DNA of 64,000 nucleotides, taken from IMG/VR virus record IMGVR_UViG_3300041964_000083, positions 89,953 through 153,952 of that record. One strand, 5' to 3'. The stretch is from a virus. Positions 1-10,109 of the stretch are shown in pieces. The translations under genes were made by a program, and so were the position numbers. The notes beneath the pieces were generated by a model, which did no database searches, was not told the origin of the DNA, and saw nothing but the letters and a program-made list of their open reading frames with translations. Every line of letters starts with the position of its first letter. Position 1 is the first letter of the stretch.

Positions 1-109
1 CTTGGCGTGCAGATCTCGCGCTATACCCAGCCCGTATAGCCGCCTGAGTCCCATTCAGGTCAACAATGTACTCTATACAGAACTGGCGTTGTTTGTTTGT
101 TAAAGACAA
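1..109 (-). CDS. terS: Phage terminase small subunit (N-terminal part, runs off window)
   Basis: Manual translation gives LSLTNKQRQFCIEYIVDLNGTQAAIRAGYSARSARQ, the typical Terminase_2 N-terminal HTH; probable TTG start at 109; not in ORF track. Confidence 0.85.
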   Translation of the reverse strand, partial: MSLTNKQRQFCIEYIVDLNGTQAAIRAGYSARSARQ

Positions 110-279
110 TTCTCGTGGGAGATAGACTATTACTAGTTTACGTTATGCGATCGCACACCAAAGACATATGGAAAAAAATAGAAGTTAGCTTCTATAGCAA
201 ACGATCGCGCACACAAACATTGATGATAACGGGGAAGCGATCGCACACATCTGCCAAAATTACTTAACCAAGCGTTGAA

Positions 280-519
280 ATGCTGTTATCGGAACTATGC
301 GATCGCGCAAAAATCAAATATTCAACCGCGATCGCAGTAGTACTCGGCTGCAAGAAGCTCAAACCGTCACTGGCAATATTCCACACCTGCCAGCCAAAAC
401 CTGTCCAACTTAAGAAATTCGGCACAGGTTTCCCCAACACCCCATACCGTTGCCCTTGCTGTGATGTGTTGGTTAGAAACCCAAATGAGTTGAATTACGA
501 TGTTTTAGTGAGCAAATGA
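280..519 (+). CDS. Small Cys-rich (Zn-ribbon-like) hypothetical protein
   Basis: ORF with CPCC motif; TGA stop overlaps palindrome at 517. Confidence 0.4.
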   Translation: MLLSELCDRAKIKYSTAIAVVLGCKKLKPSLAIFHTCQPKPVQLKKFGTGFPNTPYRCPCCDVLVRNPNELNYDVLVSK

Positions 520-535
520 CAACGCATCGTTGTCA
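517..535. promoter_or_regulatory. Dispersed 19-bp palindrome, copy 1 of 13
   Basis: TGACAACG-CAT-CGTTGTCA; other copies start at 4721, 5321, 6820, 9714, 10557, 15071, 19549, 28927, 31366, 39533, 52268, 59557. Confidence 0.85.
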
Positions 536-542
536 AACAAAA

Positions 543-567
543 ACACCCCGTCACAACGACGGGGTGT
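543..567. terminator. Hairpin terminator between convergent genes
   Basis: acaccccgtc-acaac-gacggggtgt preceded by an A-tract. Confidence 0.7.
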
Positions 568-673
568 GTCGCCCAAGACAAGCGACGATAAGAAAATTGT
601 TCCAGAATTCTATTCTACTGCCTTGTAAACGTGAACGTTATTTCTTAACTAATGCGATCGCGTCTCCCTTTGT

Positions 674-1063
674 TCAATTTTTGAACCCGTACACGTAATA
701 TTCGTAACCGTTAGATAAGTTGCATCCACCCATAACGCAAATAAGTTTCAACTTGGGGTTATCAAAATACGCTCTCAAAAACGCTTCTGCGTATCGGGCT
801 GTTCTTGGTGATGCGCCTGAATCCTTTGCTTTCTCGCTTGCCGCTTCTGCTTTCGTCCTATCCCATTGCCAGATGCGATCGCTATACTCCCATGTCAAAC
901 CATCTTCTTGATGACCATAAATAACTTGAGGCTTTTTCCAGATTTTTTGCTGATAACTTGGGTACTGAAGGCGTTGATCTGGGTCTAATGTTGGAATAAT
1001 TGCTGGTAGCTGATATTCTTTGGCAATGCCATGCGCCATTTCAAACCATTCTTCGTCCATCAT
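674..1063 (-). CDS. Hypothetical phage protein
   Basis: 129-aa ORF in minus-strand operon downstream of dnaN. Confidence 0.6.
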   Translation of the reverse strand: MMDEEWFEMAHGIAKEYQLPAIIPTLDPDQRLQYPSYQQKIWKKPQVIYGHQEDGLTWEYSDRIWQWDRTKAEAASEKAKDSGASPRTARYAEAFLRAYFDNPKLKLICVMGGCNLSNGYEYYVYGFKN

Positions 1064-1132
1064 CGCTTTATCCTTGCAATTTGTTGAGTAGACGCAAGTC
1101 CTAATAATGTACGGTGCGATCGCGTCTCCCCT

Positions 1133-2290
1133 TTAGTCTCTAATCTGTACGGGCATATCAGGTAAGTCATCTTCAACTCACCTAGGGGTACGAGTATGAC
1201 CGGAGTATCAGCGGTATTAATCAACATCTGAATCTCTGTAGTCGCAAGCGTCTTTAAGCCATCAATTAAGTATTTAACATTGAAGGCTATAAGTAAGTCA
1301 TCACCTGATACCTGAATAGGCATTGACTCTTGTCCACTACCAACATCTTGAGCATCAACCGATAAAGTAAGCTGCTGGTTAATGCTGTCAATGCTGAACT
1401 TAACCGTATTGTTTTTCTGGTCAGCTAGTACGCCGATGCGCTCCACTGCACCAAGTAACTGCCGTCGATCAATTGTGACTTGCCGCTGGAACTGAACTGG
1501 AATCAACTGCCGATAGGCTGGGTATGTTCCTTCTAGTGTGCGACTCGTTAAGCGCTGCTCTCCCTCCTGAAAGACAAGCTGACCTTGCTCAAAATGAAGC
1601 ATAACCGTATCTACTGGTTGCTTGGTGGCAATCATCCGTTCAAGCTCTTTTAGCGCTCTAGTGGGCACGGTGACTTGAAATGGCTCAACACTTTCTTGAT
1701 TGTCTTCGCTCTGATTTTTTGTTTCTACAACGGCAAGGCGATGCCCATCTGTGGCAGCAAACTCTAAGCCATCTTGCTGAACAGTTAAGTGAACACCAGT
1801 TAGTACCTGTTTGGTTTCATCGGGACTAGTGGCAAACAGCGTGCTACCCAACCCTTGCTTTAGCGCTTCAACGGGGTAGGCTAATTGCCGTCTCTGATTG
1901 CACCTGTGGAAGTGCTGGGAATTCATCAGCACTCATCCCGCGCATTTGATAGCGCCCAGATGCTGAAGTTAGCGTGACGATATGGCTACCTTCAGCATCG
2001 CCTTCTCCTGATTTCTCAGATAACGTGATTTCCCCTTCAGATAGACGAGAAACAATATCACTAAGTAGTTTTGCCGGAATGGTTAGTTTTCCGCTCGTTT
2101 CTACCGTAGCGGCAAAACTGGTCTGAATGCCAAGACTCAGATCAAATGCGGTAAGCGTCACCTTCTGTGCTTCGGCATCAGCCACGAGCAGCACATTACC
2201 CAATATTGGGTGGGTAGGACGAGAGGGAACCGCTCGACTTACTAGAGAGAGGTTTGTGTTGAGTTCGCTTTGGATGCAGGTTAGTTTCAT
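1133..2290 (-). CDS. dnaN: DNA polymerase III beta sliding clamp (frameshifted near 1875 and 1160)
   Basis: MKLTC..SRAVPSRPTHPILGNVLL, AATDGHRLA, EGTYPAYRQLIP, IAFNVKYLIDGL; restoring the indels gives the usual MPVQIRD* end. Confidence 0.93.
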
Positions 2291-2325
2291 GGTTTTGTCC
2301 AATGTTGGTTGTTGTGTGCGATCGC

Positions 2326-2577
2326 CTAATAACTGTCAGTGCCTAAAATCTTAGATTTTGGTTTGGGTTTGTTTACCCGCCACTTTTTAAAGCTACGTTC
2401 GCTATACCATTGAGGAGGACTACCATTCCAAGAAGCAAATACTTTTTGGTTGTCGATATCAACCTCAATTATTTTGAGCGTGTAGAGCGCGCCGTATGAA
2501 ATCTTGACCACACCCATCTGCTGACGACGCACTTCATAGACGATTTGCTCTGGCTTAAGTCGATTAATTGATGCCAT
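2326..2577 (-). CDS. Hypothetical phage protein
   Basis: 83-aa ORF in operon. Confidence 0.6.
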   Translation of the reverse strand: MASINRLKPEQIVYEVRRQQMGVVKISYGALYTLKIIEVDIDNQKVFASWNGSPPQWYSERSFKKWRVNKPKPKSKILGTDSY

Positions 2578-2614
2578 GTTTATGCCTCATTAATGAAAGT
2601 TAGTTGCAAATAAA

Positions 2615-3037
2615 TTATGTGCGATCGCGCTCCTCTTTATCTGGAAAAGTTGCCCAAACAGGAACTTCGCCTAAACAAATCCAAATAAACAAGTCTTCCC
2701 AGTACCCAGATTGAGCCTGAAGAGTTATTGATTCTGTTAACAAAGAAAGCGATCGTGCATTACGAAATGAGCAAGCGTGCGATCGCTTTACAACTTTAAA
2801 AGGTATATGTGCCGTACCCTTAAAATTGTTGTGTATAGAATCTGAATCCACAAAAACGCTCATTGGATGTACGTTTAATTGTTGTGCTGATTCATACATT
2901 TGCCGAGTGATGTCAAACAGCAGTACAACTTCATCACCAATCATAAAACTGGCAAATGAAGATAAATCGTTACCGTCGTATAGATTGAAACTACAGTCTA
3001 TTGCAGTTTCGTATTTGCGAGATTGAAAATATACCAT
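2615..3037 (-). CDS. Hypothetical protein (likely start 3037)
   Basis: ATG preceded by AGGA-CGCGATCGCAC. Confidence 0.55.
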   Translation of the reverse strand: MVYFQSRKYETAIDCSFNLYDGNDLSSFASFMIGDEVVLLFDITRQMYESAQQLNVHPMSVFVDSDSIHNNFKGTAHIPFKVVKRSHACSFRNARSLSLLTESITLQAQSGYWEDLFIWICLGEVPVWATFPDKEERDRT

Positions 3038-3054
3038 GTGCGATCGCGTCCTGT

Positions 3055-3507
3055 TTAAAACAAATTTAACTGTCCTGGAACTTCTGCTAAACATCGCTCC
3101 ACTTCATCAATCACAGCTTTAGCGAAGTCTCTGATAAGTGTGTCGTGATAGTAGCCAAACTCTTCATCCGTAGGGCGACCCCACCAACCCGACTCGTGGA
3201 TGATATCAACAGCAAGAATACCCCCATTGGGAATATCGAGGTAAATACCCCATCCTCTGTACGGTTGGATTTCGTTCTCAGGATAGTCACACTCCTCACC
3301 CATATGAATAAAACCAAATTGGTCTACAAGCTGATCAATCCTGCCAGCTAATCCAGTCAAATGAGAGGCTCTTAGCTTGTTGGTGTCAATTTTGAAAACT
3401 TCAGGCAACTCTAACAAGACACCACCACAGTCTTCATGCTCCATCTCACTTAAGTTTTCGAGGCTATCGATGATTTCGTCACAGCGGGAACAACGGTACT
3501 TAGTCAT
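3055..3507 (-). CDS. Hypothetical protein with N-terminal CxxC and C-terminal clamp-binding-like QLNLF
   Basis: YRCSRC...HEDCGG; ends GQLNLF. Confidence 0.65.
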   Translation of the reverse strand: MTKYRCSRCDEIIDSLENLSEMEHEDCGGVLLELPEVFKIDTNKLRASHLTGLAGRIDQLVDQFGFIHMGEECDYPENEIQPYRGWGIYLDIPNGGILAVDIIHESGWWGRPTDEEFGYYHDTLIRDFAKAVIDEVERCLAEVPGQLNLF

Positions 3508-3668
3508 GTGCGATCGCGTCCTCCAATCTTTTCGTAAATAAACTCTCTAACTGCATCCGCCATAGTGGTTTTGTTTTTTTGACACCACTCAGCAAATGCC
3601 TCTTTGTCGGATTTCTCCAAATGAACATGGATATCCGCAGGCTCTTTATATCTCTTAGGTCGTGGCAT
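3504..3668 (-). CDS. Ribbon-helix-helix (CopG-like) regulator, 54 aa
   Basis: Manual translation MPRPKRYKEPADIHVHLEKSDKEAFAEWCQKNKTTMADAVREFIYEKIGGRDRT; divergent from 3801 gene. Confidence 0.75.
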   Translation of the reverse strand: MPRPKRYKEPADIHVHLEKSDKEAFAEWCQKNKTTMADAVREFIYEKIGGRDRT

Positions 3669-3800
3669 TTCTTTAATTCGGTCTATGGGTTATACTATAT
3701 ACCATAAACCAATAATTGCAAAGCAAAAGCGATCGCGCACCTCGGACTGGAAATCTGGTTACGCGATCGCCTAGCACTACCCAACTACTTAGGAGCACCA

Positions 3801-4705
3801 ATGGAAATCATACGTCGCGTTGACAACAACGTCGAGTTTTACACAGTAACTGCTACCGGAAAATCTGGAATGAGTCAAAGTGGTTTATCAATTCTTTCTG
3901 GAGTTACCCGCCAAGCTATTATCAAAATCGAAAAGACCCTTGTAACCGAAGCACCATCTAAAACGCTGGAAAGGTTTGTGGGTAAGGATTTTACCCTTGT
4001 AACCGAAAATGCAATGATTGATGGTAAACCAACCGGAAACCTCAATGTTTACGCTTCGCCGTTTTGCGGAGCAGTGATTCGTCACTATGCATACAAAGGT
4101 AACGATACGGCACAATATAGCCTTGAACAGTTCTCTGATATGGGGATAGAGAAGTGGATTCAAGAGATTACTGGATGGACTAAACCCAATCAACCGTCTC
4201 AAGCATCAATGGTTGGGTACTGGGCAGAGCGGCAGCGGCTATTCATCCAGAAGACTACAATCCCTAGTGGGTGGTTCTGTGTCTTTGAGGAATTGGCTAA
4301 GTTGATGTGGCAGCTTGAGAACTTGGGTATGTTATCCCCGACTACAGTCCAGTAACCAACAAACGGATTATGCCCGATATATCGATTGGTAAAATATTCT
4401 GCAAATATATGCGGAAGAATGGCTACGCTGTTGACTCTACTGTTCGCAGCTACCCGCATTATTATCCCGGATGGGCGTTACCCGTAAACGCTAACATTTA
4501 CCCCAATGCTTGGTTAGAAGTGTTTCGAGCTTGGTTTGATGAGCAGTGGAAGCCGCAACGGTTGGTTAAGTATTTAGGAAAGCGCGACCCCGATAGTATG
4601 CCTTCAATCTGCAAATTGTTAGGTTTACCTGAAGCGCCAGTGCAACTTGAACTACTTACTGTTAAAAATGGCGAGATTCTAGTACTCAAAGATTGCAACA
4701 GCTAA
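3801..4705 (+). CDS. KilA/antirepressor-like protein with BstA-like C-terminal domain (frameshift near 4325)
   Basis: Joined frames read IPSGWFCVFEELA..GYVIPDYSPVTNKRIMPDISIG..YPHYYP..IYP..FRAWF..KYL. Confidence 0.6.
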
Positions 4706-4769
4706 CTCAATTATCTAGACTGACAACGTTTCGTTGTCAGTCTACCACTAGAACCAATACCCAAACCTT

Positions 4770-5300
4770 ATGTCAACCTACACAGAACTCCGACAAGAAC
4801 TAGATCGCATTGAGAAGTATATTCAAGACGCGATCGCGCAATTAGTCAACGCTAAAGAACCAAAGGACAAATTGCGAGAAGAATTAAATCGTGTGATGGG
4901 CGAACAAATCAGAGTGCGAGTTGAGCTATCCAGTTTGCTAGAGCGTGAAGCAAAGGAAATTGCTGCATCATCCGACCTTGACGATATTAAATTCTTGTAC
5001 CGGGGGAGACGATATTCGGCAAGTGGTTGGTGGCACGTCTACTACGAGAAGTGCCAAGTCATCGAACGTAAGCCCAATTATCTCACTGTGGTGTCTCAAG
5101 ATATGGATATCCCAGGCTTTTATAAAGGTGGAAAGTTTCGGGTTAAGCGTGATGAGCTTCAGTCTGAGGCAAAGCCTACCATAGCCGACATGGAGAATTC
5201 TTTTACATCGAACCCCTTAGCGACAGTTCACCCCTCCCCGGTAGTGCGGTCATTGGCTCAAACCTTACGGCTACTCCAGAGCAAGGCGCAATGGTGCTAG
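4770..5300 (+). CDS. Hypothetical protein, coiled-coil N-terminus (3' end possibly frameshifted)
   Basis: ORF track; bracketed by palindromes at 4721 and 5321. Confidence 0.55.
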   Translation: MSTYTELRQELDRIEKYIQDAIAQLVNAKEPKDKLREELNRVMGEQIRVRVELSSLLEREAKEIAASSDLDDIKFLYRGRRYSASGWWHVYYEKCQVIERKPNYLTVVSQDMDIPGFYKGGKFRVKRDELQSEAKPTIADMENSFTSNPLATVHPSPVVRSLAQTLRLLQSKAQWC

Positions 5301-5452
5301 GTACACCCCATCAATTACGTTGACAACGAATAGTTGTCATTTGAAAGCCCACCCTCAGCGATAGGGTGGTTTTTGTTTGGAGATGGTGCGATCGCGCAAT
5401 ATTAAATAGTTGGTGCTGCTTATTCCAGAATGATTGCTGTGTCTAAGCTTCG

Positions 5453-5761
5453 ATGGAACCGTTACACCTACTCCTCAAATCAGAGACGGTTCAAGCTCCA
5501 AATCTAGGTAGTGTATTAATTGTATGCGATCATTCTAATATGGCTGGAATTTGCTCAAAACACCAACACCACGAGGTTGGATGCCCGCTTTGTGAGGCGT
5601 CACCAACAGATTTGTTCCCTGATTGGCACGAGAAGAAAGCTGCTGCTATACTGGCTGGAACTCAGGTGTGTGCGTATTGTGGTTTTGAATCATACAAAAC
5701 AACTTCATCTTGCCCAAAATGTCGGGCGCATTTTCCTGAAGATAAAAGTTTGCTGAATTAG
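5453..5761 (+). CDS. Multi-CxxC zinc-ribbon protein
   Basis: CPLC, CAYC, CPKC motifs. Confidence 0.55.
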   Translation: MEPLHLLLKSETVQAPNLGSVLIVCDHSNMAGICSKHQHHEVGCPLCEASPTDLFPDWHEKKAAAILAGTQVCAYCGFESYKTTSSCPKCRAHFPEDKSLLN

Positions 5762-6546
5762 ATTTGGTGTGATCGCGTATCAATCCACTCCGGCGACACA
5801 TCCGCAGATTCCTCAGTATCTAAGCAAACTCCGCCAAAGATGTTGTAGGAAATACCATTTTCCCAGTACACAGCAACGTGTTTGGGGTCTACTTCTGGTT
5901 TGCCAACGCTGTCAGTCTTGCGACGGAATCGGGTTACCCCTTCAAAAACAGCGTTGAAGAGCAGCCGGACGATCGCGCCTCTATGTTTAGGTAAATCGTG
6001 CAAATCACTATGCCAGCGCCAGCAGAAGAACTCTTCTAAGCTTTCGTAGAGTATCAGTGCCTTTACCATATCGAAGTTTTCAATGTCGGGTGCTGTGCCG
6101 CGCTTTTTCTCACCAGGGTTGAAACTCTGCTTTTGGTAGCGGAAAATCCCAAACACATCAGCAAGCATATCCCGCATTTTCCACATAGTTGTTCGTCCAG
6201 AGGCAGCACCCGTCCAATGCTCTTTGAGGTAAGTGCAGATGGCTTGCTGTGTGATGTTGAAGCACTCAACGCCTTGTCGTGCGATCGCAGTGAGTCTATT
6301 GGTTACGTGGTGGCGTGTACCTTTCTTCTTCAGGCTTAGGGTATCCATTGCGGCACGGTATAGGTAAGCGTTGAGTACGCCCATTGCCGTTAGCACCTGC
6401 TTCTTAGTCCAGTTGGCGACGATACCGAAGATGTCTTGTCGAATGCTATGGAGTTGCGATCGCGTCGGTAAGGTTAAGCCAAACCCTGTGCGAACACTTG
6501 TACTCTGTTGATTTGCGGGAAATTGCATTATACTTTCCATATTCAC
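5758..6546 (-). CDS. Putative winged-HTH DNA-binding / replication-initiator-like protein, paralog A
   Basis: Clear similarity to 13858..14793 (WTKKQVLTAMGVLNAYLYRAA vs WSKEKILTTMGLLNILIYRAA; YLKEHWTGAASGRTTMWK vs YLKTYWKGANTGRTTLWK; LPKHRGAI vs LPEHKGAI). Confidence 0.6.
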   Translation of the reverse strand: MNMESIMQFPANQQSTSVRTGFGLTLPTRSQLHSIRQDIFGIVANWTKKQVLTAMGVLNAYLYRAAMDTLSLKKKGTRHHVTNRLTAIARQGVECFNITQQAICTYLKEHWTGAASGRTTMWKMRDMLADVFGIFRYQKQSFNPGEKKRGTAPDIENFDMVKALILYESLEEFFCWRWHSDLHDLPKHRGAIVRLLFNAVFEGVTRFRRKTDSVGKPEVDPKHVAVYWENGISYNIFGGVCLDTEESADVSPEWIDTRSHQI

Positions 6547-6652
6547 GGATGGGAAACCGAGAATTTATTGAAAGCCGTCGAGGGGTAAGAATGCTCGGCG
6601 GCTTTCGCTATTGGTTGAAATTATCGCACAAAACTCCGTCGAAAACCAAAGA

Positions 6653-6788
6653 TGAACGCTTAAGCCTCTTTATTAATTTTGAGTGAAGATTTTCTTCTTT
6701 CCAACGAAGTTTTGTCTTTCTAGCAGGGTTTGTCTTGTTAAAAAAAATCAATTCAGACAAACTCCTCATCCCAAAGCTTAAGCGTTCA
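6653..6788. repeat. 13-bp inverted repeats 110 bp apart
   Basis: tgaacgcttaagc at 6653-6665 and gcttaagcgttca at 6776-6788. Confidence 0.85.
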
Positions 6789-6847
6789 CACCTTGTTAAA
6801 ATAAGCTTTCTGCAAAATTTGACATCGTTTCGTTGTCAGCATTAATT

Positions 6848-7057
6848 TTAATCGTCTGCCATCTCATATCCTTTCAAGCTTCTAACAATGCGATAAATAA
6901 CCCCACAATTTTCGTATTCAACATACTTGTTAGATAAGTTTTCAAGTATTGCCCACCCTAATCGCTCTGTTCCCATAGTCCAATTAGGATTACTGACAAC
7001 CGTCCACTGACTTTTATCAACCTGCCGACAAATTAAATATTGAATCGGTTTTTTCAT
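6848..7057 (-). CDS. Hypothetical protein
   Basis: 69-aa ORF. Confidence 0.5.
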   Translation of the reverse strand: MKKPIQYLICRQVDKSQWTVVSNPNWTMGTERLGWAILENLSNKYVEYENCGVIYRIVRSLKGYEMADD

Positions 7058-7089
7058 ATTTCGTCAAACTAAATCAGAAGCGATCGCGT

Positions 7090-7344
7090 CTAATCGTCTC
7101 TCAAATTTCCATTCTCTAGGGCACGCTCAACAAGTAAGTCGGCTGCCTCTAAAATACTTGTACCAGTTGCCCAGCAGGGGTTGGCATTCAAAGAGCACCA
7201 GTCGGTTAAAGCTATTGCTAGAGCTTCTTCTAGTTCACCGCTTCGTTCTAACTCTCCCTCAAATTGCACTGGGGTACTAACACAAGTACAAATTAACTCA
7301 ACACCCATATCTTTTAGTGTTATCAGCAATTCATCAGTGTCCAT
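7090..7344 (-). CDS. Hypothetical protein
   Basis: 84-aa ORF abutting recombinase stop. Confidence 0.55.
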   Translation of the reverse strand: MDTDELLITLKDMGVELICTCVSTPVQFEGELERSGELEEALAIALTDWCSLNANPCWATGTSILEAADLLVERALENGNLRDD

Positions 7345-8310
7345 CTAAATTAATCCTGAAACAATTTCCGACATCTCTCCCTGAGCATTCTTCCGATTGT
7401 CATCATAGATCAGTAAGGTGTCAGACTTACTATGGCGAGAGAGCTTCTGCACCCGCCTCACGTCTCCATTCGTCGCATCCAGTGCCGCTGTTAAGGTCGA
7501 GTGCCGGATGCGGTGAGGTGAGAATATCTTTTTAATACCAGCTTGAGTCGCAATTTCTCGAACAATCCGATACACACCATCACCCGTGAGAGGATGCCCG
7601 TAGTGGGCATTATTGAGTGCGATAAATAACGGGTCGCCTTCCTCCACCTCGCCTCGGCAATCCAACCATTCCTGAATTGCCACTACGGTTGTAGGTGGCA
7701 ATTCAACCCGCTCCACCTGAGTCCCCCGACCTTTTCCTAAAATACTGAGCGTTCGTTTTCTCGCATCAAAATCCCCAACCTTTACCAGCGCCTCACTGCG
7801 CCGCAGAGCATTGGACCAGAATAATCGAAGCAGTGCATAATCTCGCTTCCCTTTCAACGTTGCGCGATCGCACACTTCAAGCATCGCCTTAAATTCATCA
7901 ACGCTCACCCCAGAGGTATCCCGATACGTCCGGCATCGTTCACCCTTAATTTCCTCAAGGGTAAATTTACATTTATCAAGTTTACGTGCATAAGCCGTCA
8001 ACGACTTAATCGCTGCTAGCCGTCGATTAACCGTCGCCTCTTTCAACCCCTGCGCCAACAACTGAGCTTTATACTTCAGCACCACCTTAATCGCATCTGC
8101 CCGCGCCAACCCCAAAAACTGTCCAACAGCTTCTGGGGTTGGTTTGGTTTTAGTCAAGAACTCGAAGAAGTACCCCAAGTCTTTCTCATATGCACGACGG
8201 GTGTTACGCGATCGCTTATCAGCCAGCAAGTCACGAATTAAGTCATCATCTTCAATGTGTTCAGCAAGCCAAGATGGTTGCTGAGTTGCGAGGTTACTCA
8301 CGCTCAACAC
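7345..8310 (-). CDS. Tyrosine recombinase (XerC/XerD-like, cyanobacterial plasmid/phage type)
   Basis: SAM-like N-terminus (NTRRAYEKDL, ATVNRRLAAIKSL); catalytic R (LRRSE), K (GKG), HRIRH, SRH, IYDD. Confidence 0.92.
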   Translation of the reverse strand: MLSVSNLATQQPSWLAEHIEDDDLIRDLLADKRSRNTRRAYEKDLGYFFEFLTKTKPTPEAVGQFLGLARADAIKVVLKYKAQLLAQGLKEATVNRRLAAIKSLTAYARKLDKCKFTLEEIKGERCRTYRDTSGVSVDEFKAMLEVCDRATLKGKRDYALLRLFWSNALRRSEALVKVGDFDARKRTLSILGKGRGTQVERVELPPTTVVAIQEWLDCRGEVEEGDPLFIALNNAHYGHPLTGDGVYRIVREIATQAGIKKIFSPHRIRHSTLTAALDATNGDVRRVQKLSRHSKSDTLLIYDDNRKNAQGEMSEIVSGLI

Positions 8311-8686
8311 CTGGTGTCAATGAGTATGAGTATTGTTCACTTGATAATGGTTCTGGATCTAGATAGATTTCAACACTATCTTTATCCATATCCTCTCCTA
8401 GTGTTAATGCCCAATCATTACCCAACGCGGCTACTTCAACGTTAATCCGCAATACATTAAATTCAGAAAAATAAGAAAGTAACCCTTTGTAAATCTTTGA
8501 ACTACCATCGCGCCATGTTCGCTTCATGAGAATGGGTGTGTTAGCAGGGAGCGATCGCGCTTCGATAAAACTAAGCGATTGTTGAGTTATGCGGTTACTC
8601 AGCAATACATCGCTGTCAAGGGTATGTATAGTACACACACCCTTTTCATCATGAATTAGCGATTCAAGCTGTTCTTGGGGCTGCAT
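8294..8686 (-). CDS. Hypothetical protein
   Basis: 130-aa ORF upstream of recombinase. Confidence 0.55.
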   Translation of the reverse strand: MQPQEQLESLIHDEKGVCTIHTLDSDVLLSNRITQQSLSFIEARSLPANTPILMKRTWRDGSSKIYKGLLSYFSEFNVLRINVEVAALGNDWALTLGEDMDKDSVEIYLDPEPLSSEQYSYSLTPGVERE

Positions 8687-8803
8687 AAGAGCTTTTAGGC
8701 TATATAAATATCTGACTAGTATACCCTCAACTCATGATAATGAGCGTTTACAAGAGTTAGGTAGGGTTGGGTAGAATTTAAGAGTAGCGTTACGCGATCG
8801 CAC

Positions 8804-9052
8804 ATGAGCAAATGGTGGCTATTATCAGACGAAGACTTTTGCAGCATTGCAAAGAATCTTACCCAAGCAATTGAAGAATGCTGCGATGCCGATAAGAAAA
8901 GGTTGCTAGAAGATACGCGGCATACATTGGAAACGGGACTGCACGTTACGGATGCCGTGCCGAGTGACTTCAAGAACAAAGAGCATCGATCAGCACCAGA
9001 GTACCCACCAGCAACACCAAAGCACCTTCGCACAAACAGTCGTGAATTATGA
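8804..9052 (+). CDS. Hypothetical protein
   Basis: ORF with HIP1-AC-ATG start context; ATGA overlap with next gene. Confidence 0.55.
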   Translation: MSKWWLLSDEDFCSIAKNLTQAIEECCDADKKRLLEDTRHTLETGLHVTDAVPSDFKNKEHRSAPEYPPATPKHLRTNSREL

Positions 9053-9471
9053 GTAATCTACAGCAGTATTTTGAAGAACTCCTTTCATCATTGTTGACTC
9101 AAGAAGCCCATTTTCACAAACGCTTTGCCAATCCAAAAGCAACTGATATCCTCAACAGCAAATATACACTAGCAAGATTTTGTACCTACCTCAGAAACTT
9201 GCAAGAATTAGAACCAGCGCAAGCCGCAAAATCACTCGTTGATAAAATAAATTGTTCCCCTCAGTACTGGTATACAAGAGAGCAAGATGGTGCATTATTG
9301 CGGAAGGTTGAAACGCTTGAACCAATGATAGCTTGTGCAATGAGAGACGCGATCACGCAAGTTGATTGGGTAGAGTTGTGGAACTCGCTACAACCACACA
9401 TTGAACCATTTCTGATTAGGTATGAGTATGAAGGATTAGTAATTAGCAAAATACAAAATAATCGCACATGA
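9049..9471 (+). CDS. Hypothetical protein
   Basis: 140-aa ORF, translationally coupled. Confidence 0.6.
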   Translation: MSNLQQYFEELLSSLLTQEAHFHKRFANPKATDILNSKYTLARFCTYLRNLQELEPAQAAKSLVDKINCSPQYWYTREQDGALLRKVETLEPMIACAMRDAITQVDWVELWNSLQPHIEPFLIRYEYEGLVISKIQNNRT

Positions 9472-9716
9472 CCTTATCAACAAGCTGCCCTCGCTGCTAT
9501 GGAGAGTCAACGCTATTTCACAAAAGCCAGTACAAGGGCGACATCTTCAAGTGCAAATCTTGTTTGATTCCTCATCCAACAAAAGAGGAAAAGATACCGC
9601 TGTTGTGGTTTTGGGAGAGCGATCGCTTATGGGAAGGATTAGATCAACCGGAAGGTGAAAATAAGCCGGAACTTGTCAAGGTAATCTTAGGAACCGAGCC
9701 AGAGAAAATTGTTTGA
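9468..9716 (+). CDS. Zinc-ribbon protein
   Basis: CPRC...CKSC. Confidence 0.6.
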   Translation: MTLSTSCPRCYGESTLFHKSQYKGDIFKCKSCLIPHPTKEEKIPLLWFWESDRLWEGLDQPEGENKPELVKVILGTEPEKIV

Positions 9717-9741
9717 CATCTAATCGTTGTCAGTTAAAAAT

Positions 9742-10104
9742 TTAGATTGCGATCGCGTATCCTTGTTCAGCTTGTGCAGCAAGTTCTTTGAGGCGTTCCC
9801 AGCAATAAGGGTCACGATTTATTGGTTTAATTTCAAATTTGGGAAATAGCTGATTAATCTGGTTCTCAGTTATGGATTCAGGTAACGCCATAAGAATTCG
9901 GGTAACTGTTGCCAAGAGAATAAGTGCAAATTCTCTATCCGCACCTGCACAATAATCAAGCGTCACCCAATCTCTACCAACTAATCCTACCCTAACTCGA
10001 ACTCCATACATAACTGGAAGAAAACCAATTTCCCAAATCTGGTTTTCAGACACCCAACGACCTGCGGGGAAGTTTTGGTTTGATTCTACTTTGGTGAAGT
10101 TCAT
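9742..10104 (-). CDS. Hypothetical phage protein
   Basis: 120-aa ORF. Confidence 0.6.
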   Translation of the reverse strand: MNFTKVESNQNFPAGRWVSENQIWEIGFLPVMYGVRVRVGLVGRDWVTLDYCAGADREFALILLATVTRILMALPESITENQINQLFPKFEIKPINRDPYCWERLKELAAQAEQGYAIAI

Positions 10105-10109
10105 TTTGC

